Shown in pieces: positions 33,282 through 44,224 of a DNA stretch of 64,000 bases. This DNA comes from TPA_inf: Saccharomyces (taxonomy: Eukaryota). The DNA lies in contig BK006945.2 in NCBI GenBank assembly GCA_000146045.2, positions 160,001-224,000 of the forward strand, read 5' to 3'. The first letter of the stretch is position 1. Each line of letters starts with the position of its first letter. Made by a program: the position numbers and the translations under genes. The notes beneath the pieces are model-generated. The model ran no database searches. It was given only the letters and a program-made list of their open reading frames with translations, and was not told the DNA's origin.

Positions 33282-34451
33282 GCGTGCTTGTTAAGTAGCT
33301 ATTAATTTAGTTAACGAATCTTACCTTTACTATCAGAGACGAGTAAATGATAATAATTAGAAAAAAAAGCCGGCTCTTTTTTTTAAAAAGCTTGAGCAAC
33401 TTTTTTTTTTTATAGAGTTGTTAGTAATATGCCAAGCAATTGAAAGTATGAATGCGTTGATTATTGGGTTTCTCCCCACAGCTGTACATTGACGATGCTC
33501 TTTATTGATATCGCCTAAAAGTTCAACAAACGCCACTGGAAATTGCCGCCGTTGTCACCACAACGTGATAAGTGATGGTGTGCTTTTTGCACATCTAGTG
33601 AAGAAACGGGCAATTAGGATCTAGGACCAGTAACACTTGCCCCGCAAATATTATAACATGGGCCTTATGATTGCTCGGTTTGTTACATCTAACATCCTAA
33701 GAAGTGAGTGGCATGAATACGTAGCTATATGTAGATTGAAAATTGATGAGTCGAGTCATCACCTTCCTCTAAACGGGGGATAAATTTTGGCGGTATTTTC
33801 CCTAATTTTATTCTTCGTTATGTCAGCCATGTGAGACTAATTAATTCAAGTTTTGACTTACAATTGCGGCTTCGTCGGAAATCAGTATTACGTATAAACT
33901 GTGTACCATAAAATTGGCGTACTCGGTATTGTTTATACTAAGCCGGCCATTCTAGTGATTTCGCCTCTATAAATGGTTGTTATTCGAGTATAATATTTCA
34001 ACCGCATCAAAGAAAGAGGTAGATAGCTTGCGTTCAACACCGTTCTTTTCTTTCCCCCTTAATTTAGCGCTTGGCGGTTATGCTATGGTGACAGTTAACT
34101 TTTTTAATTATAGGATGACTTGTCATATTGTTATATGCCGCATACTTATGTAAAGTAGTTATTGAGGTGGGGGTGAGCAGAGTAACGACAACGATGGAGT
34201 TCCGTAACTAACCAATGCTTAATGTTGGTAAGTAATAGCAAATATATATACTACATAGCTTTTGTTATATGCATCATTTTATACGATTCATGTTCGACCC
34301 TTTTGATAAAAGATGGGATTTTTAAATAAGTCGGTGGGTGATTTCGAATCATGAATAGTTGGCAGAGCAGGGGAAGTACGAGCTTCTAAAGGGTAAGATA
34401 TTGTATTTCGGACGGAAGCAGCAGAAACATAACAGTATTGATAAATAAGGC

Positions 34452-35174
34452 ATGTGGTCATCACTTTTTGGTTGGACATCAAGTAATGCCAAGAATAAAG
34501 AGTCACCAACAAAGGCCATAGTGCGGTTGAGGGAGCATATCAACCTTCTATCCAAAAAGCAATCGCATTTACGTACTCAAATTACAAATCAAGAGAATGA
34601 AGCTAGAATCTTTTTGACGAAGGGCAATAAAGTAATGGCGAAGAATGCACTTAAAAAGAAGAAGACAATCGAACAACTTTTAAGTAAGGTAGAAGGCACA
34701 ATGGAGTCTATGGAACAGCAGCTATTCTCTATAGAAAGTGCAAACTTAAATCTAGAGACAATGAGGGCTATGCAGGAAGGTGCTAAGGCAATGAAAACTA
34801 TTCACAGTGGCCTTGACATAGATAAAGTGGATGAAACTATGGACGAGATAAGGGAGCAAGTCGAATTAGGAGATGAAATAAGCGACGCTATATCCAGGCC
34901 TTTAATTACTGGGGCAAACGAGGTGGATGAAGATGAGCTGGACGAGGAATTGGACATGCTGGCTCAAGAAAATGCTAACCAAGAAACGTCCAAGATCGTT
35001 AATAATAATGTTAATGCGGCGCCTATCTCAGAGAACAAAGTCTCACTACCTAGTGTTCCAAGTAATAAAATTAAACAAAGTGAGAACTCTGTGAAGGACG
35101 GGGAAGAGGAAGAGGATGAAGAAGATGAAGATGAAAAAGCATTAAGAGAACTACAAGCAGAAATGGGGCTTTGA
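34452..35174 (+). CDS. SNF7: ESCRT-III subunit (Snf7/CHMP4)
   Basis: 240 aa. ATG at 34452. Coiled-coil Snf7 family with acidic C-terminus. Confidence 0.93.
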   Translation: MWSSLFGWTSSNAKNKESPTKAIVRLREHINLLSKKQSHLRTQITNQENEARIFLTKGNKVMAKNALKKKKTIEQLLSKVEGTMESMEQQLFSIESANLNLETMRAMQEGAKAMKTIHSGLDIDKVDETMDEIREQVELGDEISDAISRPLITGANEVDEDELDEELDMLAQENANQETSKIVNNNVNAAPISENKVSLPSVPSNKIKQSENSVKDGEEEEDEEDEDEKALRELQAEMGL

Positions 35175-35449
35175 ACGTGTTCTATGCGGTTTAGATGAAA
35201 GAAAAAAAAAAGGTGTTCTTACTTTCCATGTTCTGTATACGCTCTTTTATATACATGAAGTTCATAATGCTAAGTCATAATTAATAGTTTTTATTTTTTT
35301 GTTGTCTTTTTTTTTTGCGTTCATAGGTATAGAAGGGAATGTGCATTCATTATTTTTATCTGTTATTGCTATATTATTGTACAGAAAAGATGAGAGAAGG
35401 AAAAAAAATAAATAATCAAATATGTATCTTTTTTTCTTTTACTTTGCTT

Positions 35450-36472
35450 TTAATTGACTAAAACCCAAATAACGAAAAATACAAAGATTATAAAAAAAAC
35501 CTTTGCGGCTAACCATCTATTACTCTTTATCCTGTCGAAGTATTTCAAAAGTTCCCTTTGAGCACCACTAATGTTTAAATCGATGTCGTCTACGTTTGCA
35601 TCAATCCTTTGGATTACTTCGCCCTGTTCTTGAACCATGGAGGCCAGTTGTTGGAAGAGATTTCCCACTTCCTGGATTGTGGATTCTATTGTCTCCACCG
35701 CCCTATTTCTTTCTTGTAAGTAGACGTTATTGGATAACTGTCCCTCTTCCATTAACATTAGTTGAGAGTCGTTTTGAGGGAAAGACAGTTCTCCTTGGTT
35801 GGACGAGTTGTTATTCTTTTCTGAGGATTCATCTAGTAGTGAGGTCATGAATGGGTTGGAGTTGTTATACGTGGTCAAGTCCGCGGCGTGATTGCTTTGC
35901 GTTTGGTCATCAGCTGGTGCATGTCCAGTGTCGGTGGTTAGTTTTTGCCATCTGTCTTTGTTAGCCATTTCTAGTCGTTGCCTTTCCTCCAATACGTCTT
36001 TAAAACTTCCTGATATGTTTTTCATTTGCGTGTTTAAAAGATTTACGACATTTTTGGAGTGCTGTACGGCACTAGGTTGCTTAGAAGATTGATTTGATGT
36101 GTTGCCATTCACGTCGGTTTTCTTGAGCTGACTTAATTGCACTAAACTTTGTTCGATGGCATAAATCTTCCTTTTGATCAAAAATGATAGCTCGGCAATC
36201 TCTACAGGGTTGTCATTGAACATCGGTTTCCTTTTGGCCAGCACTGCTAATTTCGATAATAATTGTGCGGTGGATGAAATTTCGTGAGCTATGCCAGAAG
36301 CCTTTTTTTGAAACTCAGAGACACTTTTCCCATTGCCGGTTGTGTTGTTGGCAAAGTTTTCACTTTCTTTCTCTTGTAGACGTTCCCTCTGCTGTTCTCT
36401 AAAGTTTTTGTTTCTTTTCTTGTAACTCAACACACTTTGTTGAAATTCTGAAGTTCTATCCTTTATGTTCAT
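35450..36472 (-). CDS. SED5: cis-Golgi syntaxin (t-SNARE) with C-terminal transmembrane anchor
   Basis: 340 aa. ATG confirmed. Q-SNARE motif followed by C-terminal transmembrane segment (KVFFIIFVFFVIWVLVN). Confidence 0.92.
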   Translation of the reverse strand: MNIKDRTSEFQQSVLSYKKRNKNFREQQRERLQEKESENFANNTTGNGKSVSEFQKKASGIAHEISSTAQLLSKLAVLAKRKPMFNDNPVEIAELSFLIKRKIYAIEQSLVQLSQLKKTDVNGNTSNQSSKQPSAVQHSKNVVNLLNTQMKNISGSFKDVLEERQRLEMANKDRWQKLTTDTGHAPADDQTQSNHAADLTTYNNSNPFMTSLLDESSEKNNNSSNQGELSFPQNDSQLMLMEEGQLSNNVYLQERNRAVETIESTIQEVGNLFQQLASMVQEQGEVIQRIDANVDDIDLNISGAQRELLKYFDRIKSNRWLAAKVFFIIFVFFVIWVLVN

Positions 36473-36828
36473 GGGAGTTGTGTGGTATGGTGAAATGGTC
36501 GTTGGAAACAGAGGTGGAATAAAATATATACAGTAAAGAGTGGGTGATTTCCGTTCAAAGGTCTAACAGGAGCGTCGATGCGGCGGTAGGATTTTTTTTT
36601 TTTTTTCAATTTCTATATTGACATTATTATCATAATGATTGTTTCGAATATGCCCTTTCGCCTCGCCTCGATCAATAAACCTACCCGGATATTACAACAA
36701 CATAATAATACACCTGTGAAGGTAAAGAAAGAGCATTTCTCTTTTTTTTATTTTTTTTTTTTTTTACTTTCTTTACATTAAAAAAAATATGAAGAGTGTA
36801 ATAGGTAAGTATAAGTATTATTTAATCA

Positions 36829-38085
36829 TTACAATTTAGCTTCAATAGTATAGAAGCGCACCACTTCATCAATGGCTTTAGCCACGTATTCCACGTTTCC
36901 TTGATTCAATCCAGCAATAGAAGCTCTACCTGAGGCAACCAAGTAAACTGCGTGGGTTTCTTCAAGTCGTTTAACCATTTGAGGAGTCAATCCTGTAAAG
37001 GAGAACATCCCGCATTGATTTACTATATGATCCCAGTTGCCAGGAGTGCCCAACTTGACTAAATGGTCTCTTAATGCGTGCCTCATTTTCGTAATTCTGG
37101 AGGACATGGTAACCATATCCTTGTGCCACTGTTCCGTTAATTCTGGCGTTTCCAACAGTTTAGCGACAATCTTAGCGCCGTAGGCGGGTGGGTTGGACAC
37201 TTCACTACGAATGATTTTGGCCAATTGAGATGTAACAGCAGGCTTTATAGTTTTGTTTTGAGCTTGTTTTGTAAGTGCTAGATGGAAACAACCTACACGC
37301 TCACCGTACATACCGGCGTTCTTGGCAAAGGACTGACAGACAAAGACGGGAGAGACCGTTGAAAGCTTCTCCACACCTAGACGCACAGCATAGGCATCCT
37401 TGTCCAAATCTCCAGTGGCAAACCCTTGGTAGGCGGTGTCAAATAAGGCGATGTGGTTCTTTGAGGCGATAGCATCAACGATTTGAACCCATTGTTCACT
37501 AGTAGGGTCCAGACCAGTTGGGTTATGGGCGCAAGAGTGCAGAACGAAAATGGAGCCCTCTGGAGCTTTTTGAATAGCATTTAGAAAGCCGTTTAGGTCC
37601 AAAGACTTAGTTTCGTTGGCCCAGTAAGGGTAAGTCGCCGTTTTCAAGCCTTGATTCTCAAAAATGGCCATGTGGTTGGCCCAAGTAGGCTTAGACAAAT
37701 AGACCAGTTTATCTGGGAAGAATTTTGAAAAAAACTTCGCAGATATATGAAGAGCACCCGTACCAGACAGTGATTGTACTGAGATTACTCTGTCTTCCTG
37801 AAAGGCATCGGATTGCGTACCGAAGATGATCTTGGCGGCGTTAGATGTCAAACTTGGCAGACCGGTAATACCGAGGTATTCATGGTTGTAGGAGCTGTCG
37901 TTATGAATTAGCTTTTCGGCGGCTTTAACACTTGGCAAGACCCATGGTTTACCGTTGTCGTCTCTGTAGGCCCCGATACCCAAGTCGACCTTGGTAGCAC
38001 GTTGATCTTGCCCGTACCTTTGCTTAATACCAAAAAGGGCATCAGGGGGCAGCAATTCGATGTTATTGAACAGAGTGGCAGACAT
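36829..38085 (-). CDS. AAT2: Aspartate aminotransferase, cytosolic/peroxisomal (PLP-dependent class I)
   Basis: Track ORF starts at GTG (38169). The canonical ATG at 38085 gives 418 aa starting MSATLFNNIELLPPD. PLP-lysine motif SFAKNAGMYGERVG. C-terminal -AKL PTS1. A further in-frame ATG lies at 38127, +14 codons upstream. Confidence 0.9.
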   Translation of the reverse strand: MSATLFNNIELLPPDALFGIKQRYGQDQRATKVDLGIGAYRDDNGKPWVLPSVKAAEKLIHNDSSYNHEYLGITGLPSLTSNAAKIIFGTQSDAFQEDRVISVQSLSGTGALHISAKFFSKFFPDKLVYLSKPTWANHMAIFENQGLKTATYPYWANETKSLDLNGFLNAIQKAPEGSIFVLHSCAHNPTGLDPTSEQWVQIVDAIASKNHIALFDTAYQGFATGDLDKDAYAVRLGVEKLSTVSPVFVCQSFAKNAGMYGERVGCFHLALTKQAQNKTIKPAVTSQLAKIIRSEVSNPPAYGAKIVAKLLETPELTEQWHKDMVTMSSRITKMRHALRDHLVKLGTPGNWDHIVNQCGMFSFTGLTPQMVKRLEETHAVYLVASGRASIAGLNQGNVEYVAKAIDEVVRFYTIEAKL

Positions 38086-38682
38086 TATCGCTCTTGTGTT
38101 CTTGTATTCCTGTGTTCTTTTGTTCATTAGAATTTGGACGGTTGCGCTTTCCCTTCTTAAAGTATCCACATACGTTTATATACCGACGTGCAAGGCGACA
38201 AGGTAAATGAGGCCGATCACGCTGACTCACTCGGTCCGACTCTCGGCGATCGTTATTCACGAAGACGAAAGATAGCCATTTCCAGTGGTGACCATTAGTA
38301 TTGACAATATGTACATCGCATTAAACAGTAAGAAAACATTAATATTCCGTCAGGAATTCCTGTAAATTGCTCTTACTACAAACCTGCAATGCCCATATCA
38401 TCATATTCAAAGTAAAAATTTCATTTTCCGTAATTATTCTTATCTTTGGGTGCTTTGTGGCAGCTACTGGAGTAATTGTGTATAATAGATGCCACTAGTG
38501 CAGTTAAATGAAATATCCTACATTGAGAGTTTAAAAAATTGCCTCCTTGTATGTTTCTTGTAAATAATGATTTTATGTCCTTCTAGCGTAGTAACCCTAA
38601 ACCATCAGCGGCTATTATTAACATTGTTACCCTGACAGTGCTTTTTTATTTCAAGAAAAATTTTCCTTTAGATTCTCTCGCC

Positions 38683-38690
38683 TATATAAA
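38683..38690 (+). promoter_or_regulatory. TATA box (TATATAAA) about 95 bp upstream of the snR30 5' end
   Basis: Consensus TATA sequence at the expected distance from the Pol II snoRNA start. Confidence 0.45.
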
Positions 38691-38783
38691 CACTTTGAAA
38701 CTCTCATCGTCGTGCATTTAACTTCTATGGTAAACTTCTTTTCCCATTCAAGTTTCTCTTTGCTTATTTGTAAAAAAAAAAGT

Positions 38784-39392
38784 AACCATAGTCTCGTGCT
38801 AGTTCGGTACTATACAGGGAAGGGAAGTCACTCGCATACGTGTGTGTGCATTTCTTGCTATTGCTGCTTAGCTTCTCTAAAACACTGGGCTAGCGTTTTT
38901 CAACGCTCGAGAGGCAGAGTCTCAAGGAGCCTCCAATGGGCCTCACGTATTCATCTAGATGGCGCTTCGGACAACGGCATCACATAAGAGATGCAGCTCC
39001 TGACTTCTCCTCTGATCTTCGTGATCAGAGTTTTGAGTCGTCAGACTACGAGCAGTTTCTCTTAGTCGTTGCATCGGGTGCTGTTGCCTTAACGATGTGT
39101 ATATGGGGTTCGGGGGCTGTTGCCATGATATATATGGATGAGACAGAAGTGGCCCCGTTGACGAGTTTAACTTAGATTAAGTAGGACGCATGATCTTGAG
39201 CTCTTTTCCTATACTTTGTCCTATGGCCAGCTTTCTCCTTATTACGAAGAGATTGCGGGATGTGGGTGCAGAGTGGGAAAATCTGAGTTCGGTCATCTTT
39301 GTTGTTCGTCCTACCGCAGTATATTCCTAAACACTATGAAATGACCCTAGTTGGTCCATGATCATTTGGGTAAAACCATACTGCAGACATCT
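38784..39392 (+). ncRNA. SNR30: H/ACA box snoRNA snR30 (U17 homolog), essential for 18S rRNA processing
   Basis: Starts AACCATAGTCTCGTGCTAGTTCGG. The 3' hairpin internal loop carries the conserved m1 motif ATATTCCTA (39320-39328) and m2 motif AAACCAT (39373-39379), which pair with 18S ES6. ACA box at 39387-39389, 3 nt from the end. About 606 nt. Lies on the + strand in the 1.45-kb ORF-free gap between AAT2 and ADE16. Confidence 0.85.
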
Positions 39393-39539
39393 CTATAATT
39401 CACATATTCACATCTTGTCCTCTCGCAGAAGAGGAAGGCCTTTGACGTAGAAAATTAAGTAAATCGTATACGTTTACGTATATACACTTGTATTCAGCTA
39501 TATATGTTGTTTCTGTTCTTCTCATAAAATGTACCCTAC

Positions 39540-41315
39540 TTAGTGGTGGAATAAACGAATTGGGTTCTCCACGTAGACGATATCAAATGAATCCGCCGCT
39601 TGGAAGACAACTTTGTCCATGACAGACCCCGAAGGAGCCGTGATGAACTTTACACCAGACTGCACAGCTCTATAAACGTTGTCTGGGAAGGGAAAGAACG
39701 CATCGGATGATAACGATACATTGTTTAATTTGCTTAACCATTCTAGTCTTTCTTCTTTGGTGAAAGGTTCAGGGACTTCTTCAAATTTGCTTTCGTAATC
39801 CACCTTTTCCGGGCCTTCTATTCTTTGCCCTGTAACAAAAAGATCAATCGCATTCGACTTGTCCGCTCTCTTAATTCCCTTGGCCCACTTCATGTTCAAA
39901 ACCTTTGGATGTTGTCTCAACCACCAGTTGTCCGTCTTGTCACCAGCTAATCTGGTACAGTGTATACGCGATTGTTGGCCGGCCCCAAGCCCCACAACCA
40001 TACCATTCTTTGCGTAGCAAACAGAATTTGATTGTGTGTATTTTAAAACCAGCGTAGCAACAGTTAGATCGATAACGGCTTGCTCGGTAAGTGCTTTGTT
40101 TTTGGAGACAATTTCTTTGAAAGTGGATTGGTTTATGATCGCATCGTTTCTCTTTTGTTGTAACGTTACGCCAAAAACCTCTCGGGATTCCATTTGGCCA
40201 GGAACATAGTTTGGATCGATTTGTAAAATACAGTATTTTCCGTTTTTCTTCTTAGATAGTATATTCAATGCCTCTGGTTCATACCCTGGAGCAATAACAC
40301 CATCGGAAACTTCTTTAGAGATGATTTTTGCAGTGGCGACATCTACAATATTGGACAATGCAATGAAATCACCAAAGGATGACATCCTATCTGCACCACG
40401 GGCCCTAGCGTATGCGCATGCCAATGGTGATAAATCCTCCATATCATTCACAAAATAAACTTGTCTTTCCACATCGGATAATGGAAGTCCCACAGCAGCA
40501 CCTGCTGGAGAAACGTGCTTGAACGATGCTGCCGCAGGCAAGTTCAATGATGCAGATAACTCTTTCACTAAGGGCCATGAGTTCAAGGCATCCAAAAGAT
40601 TTATATATCCTGGTGTACCGCAGAGCACTTTGAAGGGCAACTCCTCCTGCTGAGTGATATAAGCTTGTGCAGGTCTTTGGTGGGGATTACAACCATATCT
40701 TAGCGGTAATTGGGCTTTCCCTTCGGAGTACTGTTTCCTGAAAAAGTCAGAAATGGCCGCATCATAATCGGCCGTATGTTCAAACGCCTTAAGTGCAAAT
40801 CTATTTCTTAAATCCTGAGAAATTTCACCGTCCTTAGACAGGTCTTGCAGAAAGATAGAATAGTCATTAGGGTCTGAAAGAATAGTCACTCTGGAATGGT
40901 TCTTTGCGGCTGCTCTCAACAAAGTCACACCGCCAATGTCGATCTCCTCTACAGCTTCTTGAACTGTAACACCAATTTTAGCCACAGTTTCTTTGAACGG
41001 ATATAGATTACATACAACAAAATCCACCTTATCAATGTGCTGCTCTTTTAAATCTTTTTCATCGCCCTCTAAATTTCTGGCAAGAATACCTGCATGCACA
41101 GCAGGGTGAAGAGTCTTGACTCTACCCCCTAGCATTTCTGGTGCATGCGTAATTGAAGAAACATCGTCGACCGGAAAACCAGCTTCTCTGACCATGTTGG
41201 CCGTACCACCGGATGCTAGGATACGAACATTGTTCTCTACCAATCCCTTGGCTAAGTCTAATAAACCTGTCTTATCATAAACTGACAAGATCGCAGTCTT
41301 GGTATATTTGCCCAT
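39540..41315 (-). CDS. ADE16: Bifunctional AICAR transformylase / IMP cyclohydrolase (PurH)
   Basis: 591 aa. ATG confirmed. N-terminal MGS-like and AICARFT/IMPCHase domains ([25 protein letters not shown]...). Confidence 0.92.
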
Positions 41316-41975
41316 TTTTAGCTCTTTTGTTTTTTGTCCCTATTTATGGTATATTTGGATTCTTTGTTTGGAATGGGGTATTGATTAGATCTTGAATGTT
41401 ATCTAATCGCTAAAAAGAGCAAGAAAAAAACACAAATGCTGAAAACTGGAAAAAAGGACGATCTATTTGCCAATTATTAAGGCTTATTCTTAAAGTGGAA
41501 ATAGCCCTCTCTTTTGCTTTTCTTGAGTTTTATCTAATGGCTCTAATAAGGAAAAACGGGAAGAAAAGGAAAGAAAAAAAATACAAGAAAATAAGGTGCG
41601 ACTAAAAAGAACATGGTGTTAATTTATGCGGCGGAGAAATTTACTTGAGCGTAAAGATATTATATATAAGTATTATGGTAGTGCCACCACCTATGTAAGC
41701 TGCTAGCATTGGTATACGTAGAACAATTAGGACTCCCTCGTCCGCTCCTTGATACAGGTAGATAAGTTCTGCCTGAGGGGAGGATTGAGAAGAGGGGGTA
41801 GGGGTTTGCTTGATAGCAGAATAAAAGTACAGCTCTAGGTCTATAAAAAAAAAAATTGGTTAAAGAAAAAATATACAGGTTTGTATATAGAATCATTAAT
41901 TAAAAAGATAATAGTATAAAACACATCAGATAAACAAAAGTTTGCCCAATAAAATTATATTTTCCATCAACCAGC

Positions 41976-42590
41976 TTATTTTCTGTATCTCCACAAGGAC
42001 AAAGTGTTTTGTCTCTTCCAGGTCTTTCTTCTACCAGCCTTGGTGTTGTTGAATTTGTGACCCTTGTTGATACCTCTGGATTTCTTACCAGTGGCAGTCA
42101 AACCTCTAGCTTCACGGTGCTTGTGAACTGGGTCACAGATCCAGTTGTAACGAGCATCTCTTCTGATAGCCTTGTGTTGAGGGTCGACCAAGATAACTTC
42201 GAAGTACTTGTAAGTAGAATCTTGGTTAACCCAGTAGGAGTTCAAGACTCTCAAGTTAGCGGCACGACGACCAACTCTTTCTTCAGCGGTAGCTCTCAAG
42301 GATCTTTGGTATTTCAATTCATTGACACCTTGGTTAGTTGGCTTACCGTAAGTAGCACCCTTTGGAACAGGTCTCTTTCTGTTACCACGTCTAACTCTGA
42401 CACGGTAGATAACGAAACCTTGCTTAGCTTTGTAACCCAATCTTCTAGCCTTGTCTGGTCTAGTTGGTCTAGCGGCTCTGTGAATGACATTCTTTTGTCT
42501 GTATTCCCAGACTCTGACTCTTTGCAAGAATCTCAAAACATCAGATTGCTTCTTTCTTTGCAATTCTTCCAAATATTTGTAGGCACCCAT
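41976..42590 (-). CDS. RPL15A: 60S ribosomal protein L15 (eL15)
   Basis: 204 aa. ATG confirmed. Starts [32 protein letters not shown]. Intronless. Confidence 0.93.
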
Positions 42591-43289
42591 TGCTGATTTA
42601 TTTGTTTGATCGTGGTTTTCTTAGATTGTAAAAGAATTACTTAAGGATAGGGAAAGAAACGTGAGAAATAGCAGTTAAATGTACCGGTGGTAAAAATGCA
42701 ATGCCATCATTCTTTGTTACCAAGCAAAAGTGAGAAATCTTGAAAAATTTTAGCACCTTTGAAAATTTTGCGTCAGCTCCAAGAAATTTCAGAAAATATA
42801 TTCGACAGCTTTAAATCCGTACATTTATCAAAAAAAGAATATAATATCATGTTTGACGATGTATGCTATGTAAATCATGTCATAATACGCATCAATTGAT
42901 ACTACAAATGCATCTCGGATAGAGACATTGTCATGATAATCGCAACACATGTCGCACCTGGTGCATGTTCTGAACCTTAACACTAAATATTTAAACGTCA
43001 TGTAGGGTGCGAGTCCATCTCATTCTTGCCCAATAAATTTTAGAAACACCCTCTTATGAAGGGCGGCAAAACATATTAAGTAAGTGTCGATTGTTAAACA
43101 CTTCCCCTTTTTTTATGCATAGTAAAAGGTACAAAGAAAATAGCGTACCGTCCTTAAATCAATATAGAAATATAATGAAAAAATAAGTGCTTTGATAAGA
43201 ATATCTTGAATACAAATTAAGAAGTGTATATTTATAGATATTTTCGTTTCAGCTTGTGTCTGTGTGTGGCCTTATATGTAATATATGAG

Positions 43290-44081
43290 ATGGAAGGTGA
43301 ACAAATTATGGAGTATGTTCAAGAGACACCGATCATTCCAAAAAGGATTATCCATTATTCGATTCCAAAACAAATGATCACAAAGCCCGCTCCCCATGTC
43401 GAGATGACGTTGGTAGCTAATACTTTTCGGGACATGGACTTGCCGCAGCATCCGGTTATCCATGATTGTTGGCAAAATAAAGAGTACTCAACTCAAAGAT
43501 ATTCAGGAAATGTGGCTCAACAGAGATTAAGTTTTGAGGAACATCCAAATGAAGAGTGTCAAAATTCTGTTGGGTTAATCAAGAGAGTGAGTACTTTCTT
43601 TAAAAAGAGGCCATTGTCTCGAAAGAATAGCATAAAGTCAATCGGTGACGTAAAATCGGAGGCACGTAACCGGGGAGAAGGCCTCCTGGGTGAAGTTGAT
43701 AATCTTAACGAGCAGAATGTCCGAGAAAACCTGACTAGTGAACATGAAAAGAGTCCTGAAGGAGATTCCAAAAGGTATGGCCTGTTCTCCTTTGAAGAGA
43801 CCCCCCCTATACAAGTGTTGGAGCAGGGCAATATCAATTCTGAGCTTTCTTCATTTAAAAACACTTCTTTGGCGGAAAACAAACGCTCTTCTGACAGCTT
43901 CGTTTCGTTAAAACCGGGTGAAGATGAACATAGCCCTTTAGAGATTAGTACGTGTGGTAATTTGACTGAAAGAGAGGATTTGCAATCTGGCGAAGAACGG
44001 TTTGACTCAGCAGCCCAAAATATAAAGGTAGCTTCGATGAAGGAAAAAAAAAAAATCTTCAAAGGGAACAAAACAGATTAA
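43290..44081 (+). CDS. Uncharacterized protein (YLR030W)
   Basis: Track ORF starts at GTG (43224). The first ATG at 43290 gives 263 aa starting MEGEQIMEYVQETPIIPKR. The CDS ends just after an A12 tract (44044-44055). Confidence 0.7.
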   Translation: MEGEQIMEYVQETPIIPKRIIHYSIPKQMITKPAPHVEMTLVANTFRDMDLPQHPVIHDCWQNKEYSTQRYSGNVAQQRLSFEEHPNEECQNSVGLIKRVSTFFKKRPLSRKNSIKSIGDVKSEARNRGEGLLGEVDNLNEQNVRENLTSEHEKSPEGDSKRYGLFSFEETPPIQVLEQGNINSELSSFKNTSLAENKRSSDSFVSLKPGEDEHSPLEISTCGNLTEREDLQSGEERFDSAAQNIKVASMKEKKKIFKGNKTD

Positions 44082-44224
44082 TCACTGAGATTATACGCCT
44101 CGAAAACATACTAAATAAGCATAGGAAGGCTGAAGCTAAGAATAATATTAACAAACTTGAAAAGAAGTTGAGTGAAACAGATGGTTTTACATCTGTAAAC
44201 ACATCAGTTCCAGTAACTCCTATT

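Noticed and set aside
38712-39175. Two small + strand ORFs (91 aa and 79 aa) in the AAT2-ADE16 gap.
   Set aside because: They lie wholly inside the snR30 snoRNA and have no protein features. They are non-coding.
42999-43011. Possible Rap1 site (rc CGCACCCTACATG) about 400 bp upstream of RPL15A.
   Set aside because: It is off by a 1-nt spacing and 2 mismatches against ACACCCRYACAYM. It is not convincing without a matrix scan.
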